This document shows positions 20,693-30,879 of a stretch of DNA of 64,000 bases, piece after piece. A model generated the notes under the pieces. The model ran no database searches and had not been told where the DNA came from. It worked only from the letters and a program-made list of their open reading frames with translations. Origin of the DNA: Promethearchaeota archaeon (lineage in GTDB: Archaea; Asgardarchaeota; Lokiarchaeia; Sigyniarchaeales; SOKP01); the NCBI GenBank assembly GCA_048939015.1, contig JBHLPW010000001.1, positions 102,655-166,654 on the forward strand. The letters are read 5' to 3'. The position numbers and the translations under genes are program-made. Each line of letters starts with the position of its first letter. Position 1 is the stretch's first letter.

Positions 20693-22402
20693 ATGGTCAT
20701 GGATGGGGATACTAAAGGATATATATTAAAAGAGAGAATCTTTAAAGCTTTAAATTTTCCATCTGAAAAGACCATTTCAGCAAAATTAATAGCAGTTTGG
20801 GTAATTTTATCAAGTCTTATATATGGTACTATTGCAGTATTAGAAACTAATATAACTTTACTACAACAATTCTATGTTATTTTTATTGCATTTTCATGCA
20901 TTACTGGTTTTTCATTTACTTTAGAATATTTTCTCCGTATTTGGATTTATAATCAAAAAGCTATAAAAGAGAGTTCACTTTCAAAACGATGGAATTATTT
21001 TACAAGCATTACAGGGTTAATTGATTTTCTAAGTGTTATTTCATTTGCAACATTTTTGATAGGTATTTTTATTTATGAAGTACTGGATTATACACGAATA
21101 TTACGTTTAATAGTATTTCTTAAATTCGCTCGTTATTCTAGCTCTTTTCAAATTTTATTAGCTGTAATAAAACGAAAAAAAGAAGAATTATTGATTACTT
21201 TAATGCTTTCTTTAATTTTGATGTTTTTTGGAGCTATTTTTATATATATTGCTGAACATGAAGCCCAACCAGACAAGATTACAAATCTATTTAGTTCTAT
21301 GTGGTTTACAGCAATAAATCTGTTTACAATCGGATATGGGGATATTGTACCATTGACTCCATTTGGAAAAATAGTATCAGGAATTATATCCTTTATAGGA
21401 ATAACTTTATTTTTATTACCAGCAAGCGTAATTGTATCAGGATTTCTCGAAGAAATTGAAGAAAGGAAACCTTCTTCAGAAATTTGCCCCAACTGTAAAG
21501 AAGATATTCCAAAATCAGAGTTTATAATTAAATTAAGAAGAAAGAAGAATAAAAAAAAAGCTTCAAAAATTTCTTTAAAAGGGAATTATAAAAAGAAGAT
21601 ATACAAATCAATTCAATTTAATTTTCCTACTAAATTAGGGCAAAAGATCATATTTATTTTCTTTATAAGCATTATAACACTAAATATTCTGGCTATAATG
21701 GTTGGAACTAACCCAGAATTATCACTAGAACTTAGTAGCTTATTAAATTCTTTGTTGCTATTTTCAATCATTATATTTACTATTGAATATTTATTACGAG
21801 TCTGGTGTATTGTTGCTTCAAAAAAAACTAAATATAAAGATCCTTTTAAAGGAAGAATAAGATATCTTTTTAGCCCAATAGCGATTATTGATATGATTAC
21901 TCTTCTTACTTTATATTTTATGTTTTTTTTCAGTTATATTCAGATTTTAGTTTTATACCTCCAAGTATTAAGGATGTTAGTTATATTTAAAATTGGACAT
22001 TTTATTGATGTGTTTAGAGTTGCCCGTTTAATTTTTAAGGAAACAAAGCGGGAGTTTTTCGTTACTGTCATTATCTGCAGTATATTTCTTATATTTGCTT
22101 CTACAATACTTTATTATCTTGAGAGAAATGCTCAACCAACTAAATTTGGAGATATTCCTACTACGTTATGGATGGGAATTATCACATTTACTACTACAGG
22201 TTTTGGTGATGTATACGCAATAACTACAGGTGGTCGTTTTTGTACAATAGCACTAGCCTTTATTGGAGTATCACTTTTTATTTTACCTGCTGGTATTCTT
22301 GGATCCAACTTTTTTAGTACTATGCAAGCTTACCGCTATTATAAAATCTGTCCAAAATGTGAATATATTATAACAAAACCAAAAATTAAAATTAGAATTT
22401 AA
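20693..22402 (+). CDS. Tandem two-repeat (2x6TM) potassium channel
   Basis: Two ion-transport repeats with filters TIGYGD and TTGFGD, S4-like RILRL / LRML, each followed by CPxC. Confidence 0.88.
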   Translation: MVMDGDTKGYILKERIFKALNFPSEKTISAKLIAVWVILSSLIYGTIAVLETNITLLQQFYVIFIAFSCITGFSFTLEYFLRIWIYNQKAIKESSLSKRWNYFTSITGLIDFLSVISFATFLIGIFIYEVLDYTRILRLIVFLKFARYSSSFQILLAVIKRKKEELLITLMLSLILMFFGAIFIYIAEHEAQPDKITNLFSSMWFTAINLFTIGYGDIVPLTPFGKIVSGIISFIGITLFLLPASVIVSGFLEEIEERKPSSEICPNCKEDIPKSEFIIKLRRKKNKKKASKISLKGNYKKKIYKSIQFNFPTKLGQKIIFIFFISIITLNILAIMVGTNPELSLELSSLLNSLLLFSIIIFTIEYLLRVWCIVASKKTKYKDPFKGRIRYLFSPIAIIDMITLLTLYFMFFFSYIQILVLYLQVLRMLVIFKIGHFIDVFRVARLIFKETKREFFVTVIICSIFLIFASTILYYLERNAQPTKFGDIPTTLWMGIITFTTTGFGDVYAITTGGRFCTIALAFIGVSLFILPAGILGSNFFSTMQAYRYYKICPKCEYIITKPKIKIRI

Positions 22403-22419
22403 AAAAAAAATTTGGAAAT

Positions 22420-24120
22420 TTAGATAACTGATACGGTAATGGTTATCATTGATACGATAAAAGCGCTTATAATAGTGCCTGAGATTATATTTCCTGTTTT
22501 CCTATATAAAGCAACATACACAAAACTCGATAATAAAGTAGTAGGTATGGTAATGGGCAGATAAACTCCAAAATTGAAAAAACTTCCGAATAAAAAGCTA
22601 AAGAAAAGCAGAAATACTATCATATACAAAATCTGTTCACCAAAAGTAATTAATCCCGATATTATTTGTCCCTTAATTCCATCTTTAACTTTGTTTTGGA
22701 TTACTGTTTGGTTTAATAAACTGTATATAAGAAAAACAAAGAAGCATATCACAAAACATATAAAAATATATAGAACTTTAGTTAGAGATGGTATTATTGC
22801 AAAATAGTTTAGCCCTACTGATAAATAGATGATTATGAACAGAATTGGTGTTAAAATTGCACCTAAAAGTAATTGGTTAATGAAATTATTTCTACTCTTA
22901 AATGGCCCAATTAAAACGTTCTTTAATGGAGTGTCTACTTTCTTCCCGAGTCTCCAAAGTAAAATTAAAAATGCAAACATTTGACCACATAAAAGCATTA
23001 AAACATTTCCGGCTGTAAATAAAGGAAAGAAATATAAAGGCATAAAAATAAGAATTCCTGGTAAACCAAGTATTAAAGAATATGCAACTGCTCGTAATGC
23101 TAAATTAGTTACTGATATATCAGGCAACTCTATTTTTAAAATCACTTCGTCCTCTCGGTTTACTTTTCTAATTTTTAAAATTAATTTGTAAATCGGATCA
23201 ATAAGTAAAAAGAACAAACCCATACCACCAAATAGTTGAATTATCAAAATAACAAATCTTATGTTTACATAAAAGTTTTCATCAGGTTGTCTTACATCTG
23301 GAAATGTATTAATTACCCAATTTCTAGCTTCTCTTATAAAATCTTGATCCCAAGCAAGCAATAAATGATTAGTATTATCATCTAGGAAGATCATAGAAGC
23401 GTTACCGTCTTGGAAGCTTCCATAAAGTTTATTTACATCGATATTATCGGAAGTGGTATTGAGTCTTAACGCCATACCCTCTTTTAATCTTGATACAGTA
23501 GATACTTCATCAAATCGAGCTTGGATCATAAGAATATTTAAACTTCGATTAGAATTAGCTTTTATTGAATATTCGGGGTGATAGTCTGCTGTAGGTAGTC
23601 CCGTTCCAATTCCTATGAAACACTTAAAATCGGTATCTTCTGAAATAATCTGAATTCCTGGGTACCCTCCCATGGAATAACCTATATATCCAATATTATT
23701 TATGTCAACATCATCTCTAGAATTTAAATATTCTTTAATTGCTCTAACATCATCAATTATCTCTCCTCGATCGAGTTCCCCAAGACTTTGCCCGTGTCCT
23801 CTGAAATCAAATACCACGGCTATAAAACCTGCATTCGCTAATTCAATCGCGTATCCTTTCAATATTTCTTTATTTGCCATGACACCATGTCCTATTATAA
23901 TAGCTTTTTTATCGTTGTTGCCATTATATTTTTGATAAAAAGTTTCTTTTGGCTCAAATACATTAAAAGAGATAGTTACCCCATCCACTGTTTGAGTTGT
24001 TAATCCGTAGGTACTTTTAACACTCAGAGGTATAGTAAAGATCAAAACAGTTCCAGTTATGAAAACAATAAGGAAAGTAAAAATTAGCAGTATCTTTTTT
24101 CTTGTCAAAATTCTACTCAT
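22420..24120 (-). CDS. Alpha/beta hydrolase with C-terminal multi-TM domain
   Basis: DFRGHGQS, GYSMGG nucleophile elbow; hydrophobic C-terminal half. Confidence 0.87.
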   Translation of the reverse strand: MSRILTRKKILLIFTFLIVFITGTVLIFTIPLSVKSTYGLTTQTVDGVTISFNVFEPKETFYQKYNGNNDKKAIIIGHGVMANKEILKGYAIELANAGFIAVVFDFRGHGQSLGELDRGEIIDDVRAIKEYLNSRDDVDINNIGYIGYSMGGYPGIQIISEDTDFKCFIGIGTGLPTADYHPEYSIKANSNRSLNILMIQARFDEVSTVSRLKEGMALRLNTTSDNIDVNKLYGSFQDGNASMIFLDDNTNHLLLAWDQDFIREARNWVINTFPDVRQPDENFYVNIRFVILIIQLFGGMGLFFLLIDPIYKLILKIRKVNREDEVILKIELPDISVTNLALRAVAYSLILGLPGILIFMPLYFFPLFTAGNVLMLLCGQMFAFLILLWRLGKKVDTPLKNVLIGPFKSRNNFINQLLLGAILTPILFIIIYLSVGLNYFAIIPSLTKVLYIFICFVICFFVFLIYSLLNQTVIQNKVKDGIKGQIISGLITFGEQILYMIVFLLFFSFLFGSFFNFGVYLPITIPTTLLSSFVYVALYRKTGNIISGTIISAFIVSMITITVSVI

Positions 24121-24368
24121 ATGAATTTTCACATTTAATTTTTATTTAAAATATTATATTTAGTATTATTTATTCATTTAAATTAATTTTTTAACCAACC
24201 ACGATTAATTGATTACTATTTTTATGAAAATAACTTTCAATATCTTTAAAGAGATAAATATTTTCAAAAACTCTACTAAATTTCATAGATATATCTTATT
24301 ATTTAAATCATTATTTACCAATAATAAATTAGAAAAAAAGTTAGTGTTGGAATTTCGATTGAAATTCC

Positions 24369-25757
24369 TCATAGATTTAATTCTATTAATTTTTTTCTGT
24401 TAATATCTACCTTTTCTGGAGTTAATTTATAATAAAGGCCAAAAACTACAGCTGCTAGTCCCATTAATATTGCAGGTATTAATGCAAAGTGAATTTGGAT
24501 TCCTGTTTGAGCTATTGGCGTTATAGCATCTGGATCAAAATTAGTCAATATATGCACTAAACCAATACCTAATGCTTGAATAACAAATGCTGCGCGACTA
24601 AAAAATGTTTGAATTCCATTGTACATTCCTTCTCTTCGTTCACCAGTCTCAATCACAGCTTGATCTATTATATTTGCAAAAATAGGGCCCATCATAACCC
24701 AGAATCCTCCTTCTCCAGTCCCCCATATGAAAATCGCACCTATCATTAAATTATAATCTCTGATAAAGAAAAGGATAAAAGTAGTTATAGCCAAGTAAAT
24801 GGAAGCAATTAACATTGTCTGTCTATCATTGTTAGTTCTATGCGCTATTAATGACCAAACTGGCATTGAAAAAATTATACCTACTAGCATAACGGCCATA
24901 ACGATCATAATATCATCTTCCGATCTTAGGAATATAAATTCAGTTACATAAGGAATCGAACCAACCATTAGGGAAACTAAAGATTGATATAGCGTGAACG
25001 CAATTATGTATGCCATGAAATTTTTATGTTTTATACATTTTCCAAATTCTTTGAAGAATGATGTTCTTTCGAGTCCCTCTTCACAACTCTCTAAGTAGCA
25101 ATCTATACGGAATTGGTCTTCTCGAGTTCCGGGGATAGATAATACCAAAGCAGCCATACAGACTACAACTACAACAACTGCTTGCATAATATACGATCTT
25201 GGTAATCCAAAAGTATAAAATAAAGGCGGAATAAGAGCACCTAATCCCGTTCCAAGAGCACCTATCATTGTACTTAGTGTGGATGCATTACGCCTCTCAC
25301 TTCCACTACGAAACTTATCAGGAAATATAGAATAAAAGTTTACACCGAAAATTGATTGAAAAAAATCAAATACACAAGTGGTAATTACAAGCCATGTAAA
25401 AACTGTCCACATTCCTTCATTTGCGTCTATCAATGGAGGAGTAAAGATTAGGATATAACTAAGAATCCAAGGAATTCCTCCTATAAGGACCCATGGAAAT
25501 CTTCTTCCCCATTTCTTAGTAAATTTAAAGGGACGATCGGTTAAATATCCGATAAGTGGGTCATTAACAGCATTCCATATTGCAAATATGGTGTATCCTA
25601 TTATTGCAAGAATAGGATCTAAGTGTAATTCTCTTTCATAAAAGAAAAAAACTAAAGCTCCAAATGCCATTACAAAGAATTCATTAATAAATTTGCCAAA
25701 ACCATAAGATACCATACTCAATTTTGAGTGCGTAATTTCTTCAACTTGATTTTCCAT
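24369..25757 (-). CDS. GPH/MelB-family MFS sugar symporter
   Basis: NAVNDPLIGYLTDR...WGRRFPW; TGERREGMY. Confidence 0.9.
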   Translation of the reverse strand: MENQVEEITHSKLSMVSYGFGKFINEFFVMAFGALVFFFYERELHLDPILAIIGYTIFAIWNAVNDPLIGYLTDRPFKFTKKWGRRFPWVLIGGIPWILSYILIFTPPLIDANEGMWTVFTWLVITTCVFDFFQSIFGVNFYSIFPDKFRSGSERRNASTLSTMIGALGTGLGALIPPLFYTFGLPRSYIMQAVVVVVVCMAALVLSIPGTREDQFRIDCYLESCEEGLERTSFFKEFGKCIKHKNFMAYIIAFTLYQSLVSLMVGSIPYVTEFIFLRSEDDIMIVMAVMLVGIIFSMPVWSLIAHRTNNDRQTMLIASIYLAITTFILFFIRDYNLMIGAIFIWGTGEGGFWVMMGPIFANIIDQAVIETGERREGMYNGIQTFFSRAAFVIQALGIGLVHILTNFDPDAITPIAQTGIQIHFALIPAILMGLAAVVFGLYYKLTPEKVDINRKKLIELNL

Positions 25758-25876
25758 ACTTATCCTCTAATTTTCCATAAATAGTTTTATTTAATTCTTA
25801 AATAGTATAATTATTGAGCTTGAATAATATAAATCTTCATTTTATTATAAAAGCGAAAAAAAAAATGCCTTAAATT

Positions 25877-26797
25877 TCAAGTATTTGTTAGCATTGTAGA
25901 ATAATATTCTACGAGTTGATTTATAATTATATCTCCAATCTCTTTCACAACTACAACTCTACCACGATCTAATCTACGTAATGTTTTTAGGCAATTCCAA
26001 TGACCATACTTATCATTTTCTTTAGAACCCAAAATCTCACGATATTTTCCACCATACATTAAAAATCCTCCAAGACCTCCTAATGGTGGCCATTTTTGAA
26101 GTGCTTCATCAAAATTGTTTTCCAATTCATTATTCATTACTACTAGTTTTTTCCAATCAAGAACTCCTATCGCTGCAGCAAGAGAATGTTCAAAATGACT
26201 TGCATGGTCTTCACTAGTAACAATTTTTAGAAAAATTCTTCTAAGATCTTTGGGTTTTTGATCATCATTAGCAAGTTCAACTGCTAACTTATGTAATTCC
26301 CTTAATACTTTATCTGCTAATTTATCAGAAATGCCTTCAGTTGAGGATATGATGAGATTTTCTAATTTTAATTCTTTTCTTATTTTTTGACAATGTTCAG
26401 CTAAAGGGTTATTTCCCCCATGTCCAGAATATACAAATACATTTGAAGCAAGAAAACCCATGTCTTTATAAATTTCAATATGATATTTAAGAAAATCTTT
26501 AAACTTTTCAACCATTCCTTCTACAGGTATTGTTTTAGGAGACCAGTCTTTTGCTATTGGCCCCACATTGTCAGTAGACCATGGAATATGTGCTACATAT
26601 CTCCCTCCAGTCCTACATGAAATAAGATGAGCTATACGCTGCGAATGAATATCATCAATGTTTCGTGGTAGAGCATATCCATGTCCTTCTTCAGGATTAC
26701 CCACTGAAAATATTAACCATCTGCCTTCATCTTTGCCGTATGGTCCCCAATCATTCATTTTCCCCTCAAGGGAGATTCCATTTTCTTCACTATTCAT
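25877..26797 (-). CDS. Creatininase/ArfB-like amidohydrolase
   Basis: EEGHGYALP...DD, SGHGGN, DHASHFE; start moved to ATG 26797 to remove the overlap with degT. Confidence 0.8.
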   Translation of the reverse strand: MNSEENGISLEGKMNDWGPYGKDEGRWLIFSVGNPEEGHGYALPRNIDDIHSQRIAHLISCRTGGRYVAHIPWSTDNVGPIAKDWSPKTIPVEGMVEKFKDFLKYHIEIYKDMGFLASNVFVYSGHGGNNPLAEHCQKIRKELKLENLIISSTEGISDKLADKVLRELHKLAVELANDDQKPKDLRRIFLKIVTSEDHASHFEHSLAAAIGVLDWKKLVVMNNELENNFDEALQKWPPLGGLGGFLMYGGKYREILGSKENDKYGHWNCLKTLRRLDRGRVVVVKEIGDIIINQLVEYYSTMLTNT

Positions 26798-26889
26798 AAT
26801 TAGGATTATTTTTAAAAATATATTAAAATTTTTACAAATTATATTCCCATATTTAGTTGATCTTAACTTAATCGTAAATTTGATTAAAA

Positions 26890-28125
26890 ATGCCAGGACC
26901 GGGAATGGATTTAATTGGTAAAGAAGAAAAGGAAGCATTATTAGAGGTTATTGAATCAGGTTATTTATATAGATATGGTGATTTATCTGATCCAAACTTT
27001 AAAGCGATGGTATGGAATTTAGAAAAGGAATTTGCGAATTTTGTAGGTTCAAAGCATGCTTTAGCAGTAAATACTGGTACGTCTGCTTTATTAACAGCAT
27101 TATGGGCACTTAAGATAGGACCTGGAGATGAGGTAATCGTCCCAGGGTATACATTCATCGCTAGTATAACTTCTATTATATTTGCCCGTGCAATACCAAT
27201 ATTAGGCGAGATAGATAAAACTCTTACACTCGATCCCGAAGATGTTGCAGAAAAAATAACTCCTCATACGAAAGCTATTATGCTTGTTCATATGCTTGGA
27301 AATCCAGGTCATTTAGATGAGATTTCTAAAATTGCTAATGAAAATAACCTAATCTTAATAGAAGACTGTGCTCAGGCTTTTGGAGCTACATATAAAGGAA
27401 AATCTGTTGGCACATTTGGAAAGATGGGGGCTTTTAGTTTAAATGTTTATAAAACAATTACCGCTGGTGATGGCGGGATGGTAGTTACTGATGATGAGAA
27501 TTTATACAAGAGAGCTTTTGCTATACATGATCAAGGGCATTTACCTTTAAGACAAGGTGTAGAGCAAGGAAAAAGAACTGTTTTAGGGATTAATTTCAGG
27601 ATGAATGAATTAACTGCTGCTGTCGCTAGGGCTCAACTCAAAAAAACCCCACAAATTAGGGAGAAACTTCATCAAAATAAAGAATACTTAAAAAAACGTT
27701 TATCTACGATAAAAGAAATAGAATTTAGGGAAATTTTAGACAAGAATGGTGATGTAGGCACTTTATTGACATTTTTCTTATCCTCATCTGAAAAAGCTAC
27801 GAAATTAGCTAACGAATTAGGAACAACAACTATTGCCAAATCAGGCTGGCATGTTTATAATAATATGGAACATTTCTTAGGGAAAAAAACTGTAACTGAA
27901 GAAAACTGTCCTTTTTCATGTCCTTATTACAAAGGATCTAATATTGAATATACTAAAGGAATGTTACCTCAGACAGATAATTTGCTACAAAGAGCAATAA
28001 ATATTAGTGTAGGTGTTTCTGATGCAGGATTAGGTTCTGCGTTTGGAATTCGAATTACAAGTAGTAAAGACGAAATAGAAAAAAAAGCAGATATACTTAT
28101 CGATAAAATTAATAATATTTTATAA
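26890..28125 (+). CDS. DegT/DnrJ/EryC1/StrS PLP-dependent aminotransferase
   Basis: NTGTSAL, EDCAQA, SLNVYKTITAGDGG. Confidence 0.92.
   Translation: MPGPGMDLIGKEEKEALLEVIESGYLYRYGDLSDPNFKAMVWNLEKEFANFVGSKHALAVNTGTSALLTALWALKIGPGDEVIVPGYTFIASITSIIFARAIPILGEIDKTLTLDPEDVAEKITPHTKAIMLVHMLGNPGHLDEISKIANENNLILIEDCAQAFGATYKGKSVGTFGKMGAFSLNVYKTITAGDGGMVVTDDENLYKRAFAIHDQGHLPLRQGVEQGKRTVLGINFRMNELTAAVARAQLKKTPQIREKLHQNKEYLKKRLSTIKEIEFREILDKNGDVGTLLTFFLSSSEKATKLANELGTTTIAKSGWHVYNNMEHFLGKKTVTEENCPFSCPYYKGSNIEYTKGMLPQTDNLLQRAINISVGVSDAGLGSAFGIRITSSKDEIEKKADILIDKINNIL
27997..28125 (+). repeat. Direct repeat copy 1 (degT 3' end)
   Basis: 129 bp; 111/129 identical to 32795..32923 by manual count; first 34 bp identical. 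Confidence 0.9.
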
Positions 28126-28163
28126 AAAAAATTATCTATAGAAACTCTTAACGAGATTAAAAC

Positions 28164-28235
28164 TTAATCTCCCATTATTGTATTATTCAAAAAACCTATT
28201 CCCCTTGAGGTCGCTTTCCAACCACTTTCTAAGTA
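28164..28235 (-). pseudogene. 3'-end remnant of the wHTH gene at 33637..33969
   Basis: Translates YLESGWKATSRGIGFLNNTIMGD* versus YTESGWKATPRGIGFMSNAIMGY*; 57/67 nt identical over 28164-28230. Confidence 0.85.
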
Positions 28236-28270
28236 TTTATAATTTTATTTATAGTAGTTTTTCTGCTTAG

Positions 28271-28297
28271 TATGAAAAATATGAAATATATGAAAAA
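28271..28297 (+). promoter_or_regulatory. Three TATGAAA direct repeats (9-bp period), candidate AbrB-family operator
   Basis: TATGAAA at 28271, 28280 and 28289, upstream of the AbrB-ABC operon. Confidence 0.5.
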
Positions 28298-28350
28298 CTT
28301 TATTTGTTAAATGTATTTTTACTTTATAATTAGTTATTTTAGGGGAAAAA

Positions 28351-28608
28351 ATTATTTTTGGAAAACTAGAATTTTATGGTAGCGCAACAGTTGGAGAACG
28401 AGGACAAGTCGTTTTACCAATTGAATTGCGTAAAAAAATACAACTTGAAGCTGGTGAAAAGTTAATTGTTATGGGTAAAGAGGGCGAAAGTATTGTTCTT
28501 TTACTCAAAGCAGATTTTTTGACTCATCTTCTCAGTAAGATGGAAAAAGGGCAAAATGAGTTAAAGAAATATCTAATGGACAATCCTCTTTCCGTAGAAC
28601 CTAAATAA
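28351..28608 (+). CDS. AbrB/MazE/SpoVT-family regulator (probable ATT start)
   Basis: Frame extends upstream of the track start to FYGSATVGERGQVVLPIELRKK (AbrB signature); AGGGG SD then ATT at 28351 or 28354. Confidence 0.82.
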   Translation: MIFGKLEFYGSATVGERGQVVLPIELRKKIQLEAGEKLIVMGKEGESIVLLLKADFLTHLLSKMEKGQNELKKYLMDNPLSVEPK

Positions 28609-28647
28609 AAAGAAATAGAAACTAAATAAGTTAATGGTGATTTTAAA

Positions 28648-30879
28648 ATGAAAGTCAGAATGATTAAGTATTCAAAACATTACCTCATAATGATTGCTGT
28701 TTCTATTGCGTTGTTATTTGGACAAGCAAACTTTAACCTAACATTACCTGATTATCTCGCAAAGATAGTGAATGTAGGCATTCAGCAAAAGGGTATAGAG
28801 AATGCGGTGCCCGAAGCAATGCGGGGAATTGAAATGAACCATACTTTGCTATTTCTTACTCCAGAAAACCAGACAGACGTACTTGATGCTTATAAATTCG
28901 TGCAAAACGGTACTACAGAAGCTACTCATTATGTTAAAAAATATCCCGCTCTACTTAACCAATCTATTTATGTATTGACCGATTCTGATAGCAAGACAGT
29001 TGCACATTTAAACTCGATTATAGCCAGGGGACTCTTAACGGTATCTTTCGTCGAATTACTCATGGCAAATGATACTTTACGCATGTCTGTAAATTTTCAA
29101 TTAAATATTTCTCTCCCTGCTGGTACAGACTTATTTACATTTCTTAAAGCACAACCTATTGTAGTGGTATTGATAACTGCATTGGTTAACTCACGATTTA
29201 GCGCTCTTGGAGAAATTTTTATAATACAGGCAGCAATTCAAGTTGTAAGAGTTGAGTATGAAAAACTTGGCATAAATGTAGATCAAATGCAACTTAATTA
29301 CATGTTCTACTATGGTGGTTTGATGCTTCTTCTTACTATTCTTGCAATGGCATGTACAATTGGAGTCGGATATTTTTCTGCTAAAATTGCAACTGGAATG
29401 TCTCGTGATATGCGAAAGGATATATTTGAGAAGGTTGAAAATTTCTCGAGTACTGAATTTGATATCTTTTCCACAGCATCATTGATCACGCGCTCAACAA
29501 ATGATATAACTCAAATCCAAATGGCAATAATGATGATCATCCGTTTGGTGTTTTATGCTCCTATTTTGGGGATAGGTGGGGTAATACATGCCCTTGACTT
29601 AGCTCCCTCGATGTGGTGGATATTAGCAATGGCAGTAGGAATATTACTTTCCCTTATCCTAGTAGTCTTTTACGTCGCCTTACCGAAGTTTAAGAGCATC
29701 CAAAAATTAATAGATCGCCTTAATCTCGTAGCTCGAGAGAGTTTGTCGGGTTTAATGGTTGTAAGAGCTTTTAATAAACAAAAGGTCGAAGAAGATCGAT
29801 TTGATAAAGCTAATATTGATCTTACTAAGGTTTCACTATTTATCAATCGAGTAATGGTAATTATGATGCCAGTGATGATGATGTTGATGAATGTTCTGGT
29901 AATTGTTATCATATGGGTGGGATCACACGGCGTAGCTAATGCAAATATCCAAGTCGGTGATATGATTGCTTTCATGCAATACGCTATACAAGTGACTTTT
30001 GCCTTCCTTATGCTATCATTAATGTTTATCATCTTGCCTCGAGCTTTAGTATCTGTAAATCGTATTGCCGAGGTTTTAAAAGTTGATATAATGATCCAAG
30101 ATCTCGAAAATCCAAGACATTTTGATGAACCATTTAAAGGAGAAATTGAATTTCGAGATGTTTCTTTCTGTTATGCTGGAGCACCAGAGAATGCTTTATG
30201 CGACATTTCTTTTACGGCTTATGCAGGGCAATTTACGGCTATTATTGGACCCACTGGGTCTGGTAAATCTACGCTTGTAAATTTGGTCCCTCGTTTATAT
30301 GAGGTTTCATCTGGAACGATATTGATTGATGGCGTTGATGTGCGTGATGTCAGTCAACAAGAACTTCATGAAAAAATTGGATATGTTCCTCAAACAAGCG
30401 TGTTATTTTCCGGAACTATTGAAAGTAATCTCCTATTTGCAGATGAAAATGCGAGTGAAGATGTTCTTGAGTCATCAATAGAGACTGCTCAAGCTACTGA
30501 GTTCATAAGTTCTAAACCTGAAGGAATGGCTACTGAAATAGCCCAAGGTGGTAAGAATGTATCTGGGGGTCAAAAGCAGCGTCTTTCGATCGCTCGGGCA
30601 TTAGTCAAAAAAGCTCCAATTAACATTTTAGACGATAGTTTTTCTAATTTAGATTTTAAAACCGATATTGCGTTAAGAAAAGCCCTTCGAAAATCTATAT
30701 CAGCAAGTACTGTCCTCATAGTAACTCAAAGAGTTTCTACTATTAAAGATGCTGATCAGATTATTGTTCTCAATGAAGGAAAAGTAGTTGGGAAGGGTAA
30801 GCATGCTGAGCTCATGGAAGATTGTGCTATATATAGGGATATAGCCATTTCACAACTTGAATTGGAGGAATCATCATGA
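28648..30879 (+). CDS. Heterodimeric ABC exporter, degenerate-site subunit (TM287-like) with large extracellular loop
   Basis: TMD+NBD; GPTGSGKS, VSGGQKQR, Walker B ILDDS, switch Q instead of H. Confidence 0.92.
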   Translation: MKVRMIKYSKHYLIMIAVSIALLFGQANFNLTLPDYLAKIVNVGIQQKGIENAVPEAMRGIEMNHTLLFLTPENQTDVLDAYKFVQNGTTEATHYVKKYPALLNQSIYVLTDSDSKTVAHLNSIIARGLLTVSFVELLMANDTLRMSVNFQLNISLPAGTDLFTFLKAQPIVVVLITALVNSRFSALGEIFIIQAAIQVVRVEYEKLGINVDQMQLNYMFYYGGLMLLLTILAMACTIGVGYFSAKIATGMSRDMRKDIFEKVENFSSTEFDIFSTASLITRSTNDITQIQMAIMMIIRLVFYAPILGIGGVIHALDLAPSMWWILAMAVGILLSLILVVFYVALPKFKSIQKLIDRLNLVARESLSGLMVVRAFNKQKVEEDRFDKANIDLTKVSLFINRVMVIMMPVMMMLMNVLVIVIIWVGSHGVANANIQVGDMIAFMQYAIQVTFAFLMLSLMFIILPRALVSVNRIAEVLKVDIMIQDLENPRHFDEPFKGEIEFRDVSFCYAGAPENALCDISFTAYAGQFTAIIGPTGSGKSTLVNLVPRLYEVSSGTILIDGVDVRDVSQQELHEKIGYVPQTSVLFSGTIESNLLFADENASEDVLESSIETAQATEFISSKPEGMATEIAQGGKNVSGGQKQRLSIARALVKKAPINILDDSFSNLDFKTDIALRKALRKSISASTVLIVTQRVSTIKDADQIIVLNEGKVVGKGKHAELMEDCAIYRDIAISQLELEESS

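Noticed and set aside
26798-26938. Track N-terminal extensions (also 1760-1807, 4220-4273, 5555-5581, 20645-20692, 55822-55908)
   Set aside because: They are low-complexity translations of AT-rich promoter DNA, overlapping divergent genes or operators.
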